Below, piece after piece: positions 37,428-46,717 of a DNA stretch of 46,717 nt. This DNA comes from Bigelowiella natans CCMP2755. Taxonomy: Eukaryota > Protista > Cercozoa. The stretch is taken from NCBI GenBank assembly GCA_000320545.1, contig ADNK01001381.1:1-46717 (forward strand), in the 5' to 3' direction. The translations under genes and the position numbers were made by a program. Positions within the stretch are counted from its first letter, which is position 1. Every line of letters starts with the position of its first letter. A model generated the notes under the pieces. That model saw nothing but the letters and a program-made list of their open reading frames with translations, did not search any database and was not told the DNA's origin.

Positions 37428-38362
37428 AAGCGATGGAAGTTGTTTTCACGAACTATTTGGATGAAATTATGTCGGTCAGATATCTACCAAATTATCATAT
37501 TTTTCCATCATATTTTGTGATATTTATATAAGATATTGCAGGCATAAAACTTAGTCATATGTGCAACAACTTTGACAACAATGTCAAACTGATCCCTGAC
37601 TGATCATCTTCCGGCAACAAGCAACCTGGAAATCATGGGGGGTAAGTGCTGTTGTCAGTGACTTCAGACAGTGCGATCACCCAACAAAACCAACTGCAAA
37701 GCAGGCTTTCACCTTGAATTTGTTGTTGTTCACATGGTGATTGTGTTGAGAAAGTGCAGAAAAAGGACTCAAAAAACGGCAGTTCACATTCAGTTCGTCC
37801 TTGCTTCCTCGGCTGAAAAGTGATGATGTGGACGAACACAAACAATGCGAAGTGAGTGTCAGCCACTTTTCTGTCTGAAGATGGAGTGCAGATGGGCTAG
37901 TCAATCGATTCGTTTCTTCGTGCGCAAATCAACACATCGCACTCGCATGAACATGCGCTTGTGCCACGGCCCAGACACGCATGCATGTCTCATCGCATCG
38001 CAGTGCGCAGCAGCGGGCCATTCATCTAGCTAGCTAGCCATGTGCGATGCGCTAGTAGTCACGTTGTGTTGCAACGAGTGAAGCGGACTATGGCACCTTG
38101 AGATACTGAGTAAAGTGAACATGAACAGCGTGTAGGTAGGTACAGAACATAGCCTACCATTAGACATATCTACAAGTTTGTAGGTAGACACAATGCATAT
38201 AGCCGGCGAACATTCGAGTCTTTGAGCATCAGTAAATCTGTCACATTGACTGGGGAATTCCCCTGCACAGCTAGCTATGCTTTTAAAGAAGGATACTTCC
38301 TTCCTCTTTGTAATGTTACTGTAGGGGATATGCCCATCTTTATTACAATACCATGAAATAAT

Positions 38363-40069
38363 TCATGCTCTTTTCATGTCGTCAGCAACATCCGCAACTA
38401 CAGCATCACTACCCTCCCTAGAAGCAGTTACGGAAGTACCATCATGGTGATCGCTCCCATCTTTTATTCCCATTGTCTTTCCTGTGAGATCCGGAACAAA
38501 CATGCATGAGAATGACAGCGATACGATTCCGATGACGACGTACACACTGAATGTGCCACCATAGCCTAGAAGGCTAACCAAGCTCAAGTAAGTGGAAGCG
38601 ATCGTAAAAGACCCCAGTCTATTCACTACAGAGCCTAAGGCCATACCCTTAGAGCGATAAGGCCCATGGAAAATTTCAGCTAAAATAAGCCAGCACATGG
38701 GGCCATAACCGAAACCGAAGGCTGAGACGAACATCAACATTCCCGTTATGATCATCCTCTCAGTGACTACAGTATGGCCATACAGGCCCGCCGCAGCCAT
38801 GATCCCCATGGAAATAACTCCGAAAAAGCCCCCGACGATGACTGGCAATCGTCGGCCGACTTTGTTATTGTCCACCAGTAGAGCTGCGAAGCACGTGAAT
38901 GTGAGCTTGCAGAGGCCCATTCCGAGTGTCACCTTAAGCGCTAGCCGCTCGTCTGCCCCAAAATTAGAGAGTGTGTGAACAGAGTAAAAGATAATCGAAT
39001 CAATCCCTGGTAGCTGCGTGAGAATGGAGAATGTCAGCCCTACAAATAAAGCACTCCGCGTCTCCCTCGAGGTGAACATCTCGCCCCAAGAAGCCATTTC
39101 CTTTTGAGACTGCATATCACGGCCCATCTCCAGCATCGTTTGTCTTACCACACGGTCTTTGGTATCCTGAGACTCGCTTGCATCTACCAGCTGCTCAATC
39201 ACCCCCGCAGCCTCGACCAGCTTCTTTTGCTTTAGGAGATATGCGGGCGACTCGGGCATCAAGACAACCATAATCGCCAGCAAAATAGCAGGAATCGATC
39301 CGGAGGCCAGCATGTACCGCCAGTCATTCTCAATGCCGCGAAGAAGTAGGCCGACGAGGTAAGCTAGAGGGATCCCGACGTTAATGAACATTTCGTTGAA
39401 AGATGTCAAGCGACCACGCTCACGGCGAGGAGCCAGTTCAGCACAGAATATGGGGCAAATCACTAATCCCATACCGACTGCAATTCCAGTAACACAGCGC
39501 CAGAGCAGAAGAGCGCCGAAGCTGAAGGATGAGGCCATTCCGATGGAGCCGCCTAGAAAGATCAATGCAGCCGCGAGCAGCCCTACTTTGCGCCCCAAAC
39601 GGTCAGCTACCACGCCAGCGACGAGAGATCCGATAATTGAAGTGAAAATAATGCTGGATGTGACGAACTGTAGCTGGGTATCGGTGAGAGAGAGGTCGTT
39701 CTGAAGTGGGATGAGTGCGCCACTGATTATACCAAGATCAAATCCGAGGAGGAGAGATCCAAAAGCGGAGGTAATAATACATCTGTATAGAAAGCTGTTC
39801 CTTATTGTAAAACTAAGCAGGATATCTGCATCGTCTACTTTGGACTTTCTGTCCTCCTGCTGCAACAGTCCGCGACGCTCGTGAGCAATCCCATCACATT
39901 CCAGGCGATGGTTAATGTCGTCGTACATGTAATTATCGTCGTCGCTGTGGTCCGTGCGACCAAGACCGGGATCGTGATGAGCGACATCTACACGGCTTTC
40001 GCTCATGGAGGGAGAAGCCTGATCATTTCGTTCCTCCCCAAGATGCCCGAAGTTGGCGGTGAGAACCAT
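38363..40069 (-). CDS. MFS sugar porter (polyol/inositol/hexose transporter-like), single long ORF
   Basis: GFDLGIISGA, ADRLGRK, AELAPRRERG, WRYML, MPESP, LTQLPGIDSIIFYS, GRR and GPMCWLILAEIF; about 12 TM segments. Confidence 0.95.
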   Translation of the reverse strand: MVLTANFGHLGEERNDQASPSMSESRVDVAHHDPGLGRTDHSDDDNYMYDDINHRLECDGIAHERRGLLQQEDRKSKVDDADILLSFTIRNSFLYRCIITSAFGSLLLGFDLGIISGALIPLQNDLSLTDTQLQFVTSSIIFTSIIGSLVAGVVADRLGRKVGLLAAALIFLGGSIGMASSFSFGALLLWRCVTGIAVGMGLVICPIFCAELAPRRERGRLTSFNEMFINVGIPLAYLVGLLLRGIENDWRYMLASGSIPAILLAIMVVLMPESPAYLLKQKKLVEAAGVIEQLVDASESQDTKDRVVRQTMLEMGRDMQSQKEMASWGEMFTSRETRSALFVGLTFSILTQLPGIDSIIFYSVHTLSNFGADERLALKVTLGMGLCKLTFTCFAALLVDNNKVGRRLPVIVGGFFGVISMGIMAAAGLYGHTVVTERMIITGMLMFVSAFGFGYGPMCWLILAEIFHGPYRSKGMALGSVVNRLGSFTIASTYLSLVSLLGYGGTFSVYVVIGIVSLSFSCMFVPDLTGKTMGIKDGSDHHDGTSVTASREGSDAVVADVADDMKRA

Positions 40070-40551
40070 AACCTTTTTCCGCGTGGTTGGAGGGGGAGAT
40101 GAAAGATAGTCCCGATTCCCAACAACCGAAAATCAGGATCCAAAACCGTGTGGATTTGGAAATGCGACATAAATTTTAGCATGTCGCATTGATAAAGTTC
40201 CATGCTATTGGGTCAAAAAAGCAGCTCCCTACATACTCCTCGAACGAAGAATACCAACTACATGCAGTCAAACACTGGCGACCACGTTCTTCTTCTCCGG
40301 CGTTCACCCCTGCGACGTAGATTAAGCTCACTTTCTGGAACATAATTCAGGGGATTTAGACGGAAGGCGTGAGGCAAGTTTGTCGTAGAATTTATGTTCG
40401 CATGGACGACGTTCTCCCTTCAAATTCGATTTTATTATCGAAAAAACATCTGGAAATTTTTAACTAGATTTTGCTTTTGTTTGTTTTGTATTTACATAGG
40501 AACGACATCAAATTTTCCTTGTCGCAGAGTTAGACATTCTTCAAACGAAAG

Positions 40552-41103
40552 ATGGCGTCAGGGGACAAGGCTGCCGGTCTCGTCTTCGAGAAGCAACAGG
40601 TCCCGGCCTCCAATTCCCTGGGGGTCTCACTGCTCGGAAAGATGTTTGATGACACGGTCGAATGCTACTCCTCGTATTTTTTACTTGTGTTCGAGCATGC
40701 ACGACCAGCGCAGCGCAAGAAAATGAACATTTGAATAGAATTCTGAGCTTTCTCATGTGCATGCCGGCCAAACGATAGATTACCCTTGAATTCAATACCA
40801 CATTTGTGGCACTGGAAGTATGCCGTCGCTCCTTTTGGGGGGGACAGGGGCGTTGTGATCAATAACTGAGCTCTTTCGTCAACTTTCAGAGCGAAGGGAA
40901 GAACCAGTTCGAACCCCCAGCAGATGAGGAAAGGAGTGGCAACAACAAGAAAGAAGAGAAAGAGGAAAATATATCAGAAGACTTTCATGAAGATTTGTCC
41001 GCATATACTTATGCAGACAATGATGACGGGGATGTAGGTCCCCTTCCATTCCACTGCAAGGTAGTAGTAGTAGAAGTAGTAATAATGATAGTAGGAGTAC
41101 GCA

Positions 41104-41142
<39 letters not shown>

Positions 41143-43085
41143 ACACACCTCTTCACGATACTCATTCCAAGACCAAAACACATGCATGCTGCTTAAGAAG
41201 AGGGCGGCAAGTTAAATCGTTGCCTGTGATTTTGCTTTTACTTGAGACTTTATCATCACGGTCTCTTCAAATCTGTTTTCATTGCTGCATACTTGCGGAT
41301 CACGAGACAACACATCCCGCGGCGGCATTCGCGCGTCTTCTCTTAATTTATGCAGTTTCTACAGATCTAATGCGTATGATGTTCAATTTTCTGGTAGATA
41401 TGGATAGCATCCAAGAAATCCATTGATCTAGAAATTCACGAGGTATTCGTATGTGCGCGACAAACAAAGCATGGCCTTTGAATATGCGTGCAGTAACTCA
41501 TGAAGAACCTGTTGCATCTGATTCCTCCTCCTCCTCCTCCTCCTCCTCCTCCTCCTCCTCCTTTTTCCCTCAAGGTCTTGTCAATCGGTAAATTACTATC
41601 TCAGCTCTCATCCCACATAAAACCTACGAAGGAGCTGAAAGAGGTTGGAAAACAACTCTCCCCTTTCCCCCTCCCTCCCCCTTCCCTAATCACTGCTGAA
41701 ATGCTGAAAACCAATGGTGTTTTGTGTGGGGGGGTGTGCTGATGTAGGATCTCTCAAAAGTTTGCGTTCTCTTCGCTGCGGACGAGAATGGAGAGCGCGA
41801 CGAAGATTGTCCAAGTAATAGCCTCCCTCCTGTGGAGGGGAGAGGAAAAAAAAACAAAGAGGCTACATACATACACCGCGACCCAATCAATTGTTGTGTG
41901 TTTTCCTCCTTCGTTCGTAAGATGAAAAACCAAATGGTGCTGCGGTATATAGGGCTCGACGTGAACGGTCCAATTCACACCGCCGGGGTAAAAGACTTCA
42001 TTATGCTGCATATAGATGGGGCTGAGGGACAGAAATTGCTCTCGGAGCTCCAGATACCGAAGGAACAGCCTGGTGCGAACCTGCCCCCCCCCCCCCCCCC
42101 CCCCCCCTCCGCCATGGATTCAATCATAACCTTTCTTCGCTATCGCATTCGTCATCGTTGTTGTTGTTTCTGCTGCTGCTGCTGTCATTGTTATTGTTGT
42201 TATTATTATTATTATTGTTTTAGTTATTGCTGCTGTGCTGGCTACAATTTTAACAAATCTCACTATGTTGTATGCCTTACTCCACCCTCCTCCTCCCCCC
42301 CGTGCAGTGATAATCGGAGACAAGAAGAAGACGCTACTCAACGACCCGAAAACAAAGTTTTTCCACGCTGCCGAGGTGTGCTGACATCATAATGCGCTTC
42401 CTTCTCTTGTCACCCCTCTAAAAAGGACGCGTATCTGCTGCTGCTTCTTCGATATACAGACAGGAAATCTGTCTTTGGTGAAGAAGATGCTGAGCGCAAA
42501 GATGGTGAAGTTAGAGGACAAGGGAATAGTGAGTACAACACAAGCATGCGGCCATTCCGAACGCCGCCTCACCAACAAACACGCACGCCACATGGCATCG
42601 TCATAATCATCACAACTCCTTCTGCGTCCTTTTCGTCAACCTCTATATCAGCATGTATATAATCTTCCTCCTCCTCCTCCTCCTCCTCCTCCTCCTCTCC
42701 AACAGGATAACTGGACGGCGCTACACTACGCCGCACGGTCGGGTCACTACCACATAGTACTATTCCTCATTCGCCACGATGCTAATCTCGACGCCTCCTC
42801 CAAGGTAAAATGAGGCTGCTATTAAGTACTACCTGAAGAGTGGCCTGGAAGCTGATGTGTTCCCTCCTCCTTCCCCTCCTCCTCCTCTCTCCTCGCATTA
42901 TTATGATTGTTATTTTTATGTAATCAGACCGGGTGGACTCCTCTGCACCTTGCTTGCTACCAGGTTGCATCATATTTAGTCTTCCTCTCCCCTCCCCCAT
43001 CTCTCTCTCTCTCTCTTCCTCTCCCCACTCTCCCCCCTTGCCCTATCTCTTACCGTAAGTAGATACACGCACATAAGCAAAGACT

Positions 43086-43122
<37 letters not shown>

Positions 43123-43412
43123 TAGCAATCTAATCCGAGAATATACACCATAAACTTCGGGGTAAGATTCTCTCTTACGCACCTGTCAACCCCCTCCTCC
43201 TCCATCATGTGCACAGGGCCACTACGACACAGTGGACATCCTGCTGCAATCGGGTGCGAAATCGAACTTGAAGACAAATGTAAGAAGATGACATTGAGGA
43301 TATGAAGAGGAGAGGAGGAGGGAGGGAGGGAGGGAGGGAAGACACAGTTGCCATTTCGATATCAAAGATGTACATTTGTCGTATCATTAAGAAGTCCTTT
43401 TTCCTCCGCCAC

Positions 43413-43454
<42 letters not shown>

Positions 43455-43744
43455 CCTCCACACCCACACACACACACACACATATGTACATATACACACA
43501 CACTTTCTCTTAAGAAATCACTCTATGAAACCATATCTAAAGGATGGCAAGGCACCAATCGTCTACGCCGAGGATAAGGGTAGTAGTCTCGCTCAACATC
43601 TCATGTTTAGATGTGCACATGCACTCGAATTATACATTCTTACACAGAAATATTCAGCACATATAAAAATATATATACCTACTTACAGGTGCACACGATA
43701 TCGTAGAATTGTTCGACGAATTTAAAGGGCCAGACGTACTCTAA
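40552..43744 (+). CDS. Protein with an unknown N-terminal region and C-terminal ankyrin repeats, multi-exon
   Basis: Exons ...FFHAAE|GNLSLVKKML, DNWTALHYAARSGHYHIVLFLIRHDANLD, TGWTPLHLACYQ|GHYDTVDILLQSGA, DGKAPIVYAEDK|GAHDIVELFDEFKGPDVL*. Confidence 0.8.
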
Positions 43745-44556
43745 TGCAGCCGCCGCAATAAGAAATGCGGTTACTTTCTAAATCTCCTCATGCTTATGCA
43801 CCTAGTGGTAGAGGTTGGGACAAAATAAAATAAATCAATTTATGCATTGTACGAAGTGACGAGGCATGCTAGCATGGGCGACCTCAATGTGGTCTAGTGG
43901 TCTATTTGTGATGCAAAGTCGAATGAGCATGTATCGTGCACACTATTCCAGCATTAGCCATCTAACCATGTCGTCTACAGCTAGACAGCTAGACAGTCCG
44001 CGCAAGCATTAGCGCGCAGCGCCCTGCTAGCTTGCCTGCCGCCGTGCATGGACCATACCCCACATTTCATTTCCATCTTCAATGTAATTGTGTGTACGTT
44101 TGCGTGTGTGTGTGTATGTGTGTGTGTGTGTGTGTGATATTTATCGGTTGACCGGCGGTCACGGTCAATAACAGGAAACCCGTTGTAATTTTATACCCAG
44201 ATAGGCGACGTAGTAGCATGTGCAAATTGACACCGTACTAGCGTGTGCACAAGAACAAAGAAGAAAATACATCATTCGATTTTGTCACATCTTGATGTAT
44301 GCGCACAGCTAATAAACGTAATAGTCTGTACTTCACAATCCACAATCATAACTTGTGATTAGGCCATGCCATACAGCGCACACATAACAAGCTACAGCGC
44401 GCATGCTAGCATGATGTGATGAGGATCGGCGAGCATCACGCTTGCATGCTAGCATGGCGCTACAAGATAGTCACACTGTTCTGTCTTATTAGTGTACGAG
44501 TCACAGGTCACGGAAAGGCCTTCTGATGTTACAACTAGTACAAACATCACCACTGC

Positions 44557-45845
44557 TTAAGGCTCCTTGCTGTCGTCATCACCTCCTATCCTGCTGCGTG
44601 TCCTGCCGACGCTCTCCGATGGCGGAGTCGAGCAACTGAGTCCATCTGCGAGAGGTTGTGTATTGCAGCACGACACTCACATATAAGAAAACTCCGTCCA
44701 TCAGGGAAGAGTGGCAGGAAGTAGATAGCAGCATTAACAGACACAAATTGACATGGCCCGAGCACTATCTAACCCTACGTTCACACGCACACACAGCCCC
44801 CCCCCCCCCCCCGTTTCTCTTCAAGGGCGTGCAATCTCTCAACATCCGCATCTTTGATGCGCGTCGATCATGTAAAAACCTACCCAAGGGAGCGAATCCG
44901 TGGGAGACATCAATTGCGCTGGGATCCCGACTGACCCCGGGGCTATTCGAGTCATCCTTCTGGTTCAGCAGCACGTCCCACCCAGGACCAAGGCCTGCCA
45001 CACGGACAGTTTCGTTCACACAGGCAGAAGGGGGAGGGGAGAGGAAGGATCGCTCGGGGCTGGCTGGCTGTTCGCACCGACCAAAACGAATTAAAAAAAA
45101 ACAAAACTAATAGGATTCAACTGCGGTCTTGCACTTCGATCATCATGCACTGCGGCAAAAAGCTCAGCGTTTCGCCGCACCTAGCGACGATGCCGGCTCG
45201 CACTGGCTCCTCACGCTGACGCCGCCCTTGGCCTTTCTGTCGTTGTAAACAAGCTCGTCGAGCTCCTCCAGGCGCTGATGATGGGGACATCGGTAGTGTG
45301 GTGCGGTGTGCGTGTCAGATCATCGTTACCATTTGTCATATCCCCATTCCTACTACGTCATTATCATCATTATCATCATCACCACCATCACCATCATCGT
45401 CATCATAATCATTGCCGACGATGCCATCTTGCTCTGCCTGTCATCATGCCGCAGGATCAAATCCATCGGCAGGCGTATTGCGCGTATGATGCACTTTCTT
45501 TTGACTTTACTTCTTCTAAAGCCAAAGGAGTTCCTACCTTCTGCACTTGCATCCGAATGAAGCTCCACACCAAAGCAAACCCGTGGTCAGTACCTACGAT
45601 GGCGGGGGAGAGGAGAGGAATCTGATATAAGTACAACAACAACAACAACAACAACTACTACTACTACTACTTCCATAGCATGCATGCATATTCCAAATGA
45701 TGAAGTCGGAGAGATGTTGTTTGAAACCAACAACTCGAGGGTGGTCAGCTCACTGCTCTGACTGGGTTTTGGCCGTGACAGGGACGAGCTCGATCCACGT
45801 TCTCTCGTTGTTATTTTCCGAAAGTGCTCTCCCCTTCTCTCTCCC

Positions 45846-45878
<33 letters not shown>

Positions 45879-46105
45879 TCCTCCCCTATAAGTTTCTCGG
45901 TGATTGTGAATCATCATCATCATGATCATGATCATGCGTAGTGTTCTTCTTCTTCTTCTTCTTCTTCTTCTTCTGTTGTCAGAGTGATGACATAGCCGCA
46001 CGACGTACGTTCTAGCCAGTCTACAATGATCTTGCCCTTGCCCTTCTTCGCCTTTTCCTCAGAAGCTGCCTTTGGTCTGCAGAAACAACTCGTTTCTCAC
46101 TTGTC

Positions 46106-46156
<51 letters not shown>

Positions 46157-46717
46157 GCTATCGTGTGCGTGTGTCGGGGAAGCAGCTTTCTTCTATTTCT
46201 ATGTGTTGCCATTTTTCATAAGTGCTGCTCTGCTTTGCTTGGGTTGTCCTCCCTCGCATGTGAATAGAACCTCCTCCCCCTCCCCCTCCCCCCCCCTCCT
46301 TCTCACACCCTTGGTATTCGTTGCAGTGGGGCTGCAGCTTGAGCCACTTTCGAATGTTTCTATTTACGAGACACACACACCGATGACGGGTAGATGATGA
46401 TGATGATGATGGTGATATTTACGAGACACACACACACCGATGACGGGTAGATGATGATGCTGATGGTGGTGGTGGTGGTGGTGGTGGAGGAGGAGGAGGA
46501 GGAGTATTCTTTGAAGAGAAGGAGAAGGAGGAGAACAAGAAGAAGAAGAAGAAGAAGAAGAAGTAGTGAGAAGGAGAAATACACAAACGACAAATAATCC
46601 ATGTGCGGGTGCGAGTAGACGCAACTAGTATGTGTGGATATGAGACATAGAGCATGAGACAGAGAGAGAGACGGTGTTGGATAAGTGCGGGGTGAGGAAG
46701 TAGTAAGCTATATGGGG
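44557..46717 (-). CDS. 3' portion of an unknown multi-exon gene extending beyond the right edge
   Basis: Short coding-like blocks between microsatellite introns (e.g. PKAASEEKAKKGKGKIIVDWLE and GLGPGWDVLLNQKDD...FLHDRR). Frames are not fully resolved. Confidence 0.45.
46361..46459 (+). repeat. Direct duplication of TATTTACGAGACACACACAC..CGATGACGGGTAGATGATGATG
   Basis: Two copies, at ~46361 and ~46416. Confidence 0.8.

Larger units (their letters stand above)
5497..46566. repeat. Numerous microsatellites ((TA)n, (CA)n, (GA)n, (CCT)n, (AGT)n, (CAT)n, poly-C/G), mostly intronic
   Basis: Directly visible, e.g. 5497-5537, 10636-10695, 13805-13866, 22990-23080, 41522-41560. They account for most of the spurious ORFs in the track. 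Confidence 0.95.

Noticed and set aside
1-46717. tRNA, rRNA or other structured RNA genes
   Set aside because: None recognised by eye. The only tRNA-like sequence is the PBS. tRNAscan-SE or Infernal would be needed to exclude small ncRNAs.

Overview
Intron-rich, microsatellite-rich eukaryotic (protist-like) genomic DNA using GT-AG introns and the standard code; a more precise taxon cannot be established from sequence alone. Left to right: the 5' part of an apparently young Ty3/Gypsy LTR retrotransposon (LTR, PBS, one gag-PR-RT ORF running off the left edge; missed by the ORF track); a TruA pseudouridine synthase; a RanBP2-zinc-finger orphan; an intronless argininosuccinate synthase; two small unknown spliced genes; a secreted aminopeptidase P; an ~11.3-kb minus-strand gene for a predicted myristoylated Ankyrin-ROC-COR-(unknown)-CHAT caspase-like protease-STAND NTPase protein; a PYROXD2-like oxidoreductase; a CREST-like membrane protein; an MFS sugar porter; an ankyrin protein; and the 3' end of an unknown gene. 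The main candidate for a new system is the ROCO-CHAT-STAND gene. Its sensor region is a tandem array of five 99-nt, phase-1 exons, each encoding exactly one ankyrin repeat. The exons sit in near-identical ~520-bp units and vary almost only at ligand-binding (DARPin-type) positions, and one carries an in-frame stop. This looks like a diversifying immune-type receptor coupled to a protease. A second signal is islands almost free of TpA dinucleotides, together with TA<->TG/CA differences between repeat copies, which hints at a TpA-directed mutational process. Exon boundaries and counts were read by eye.
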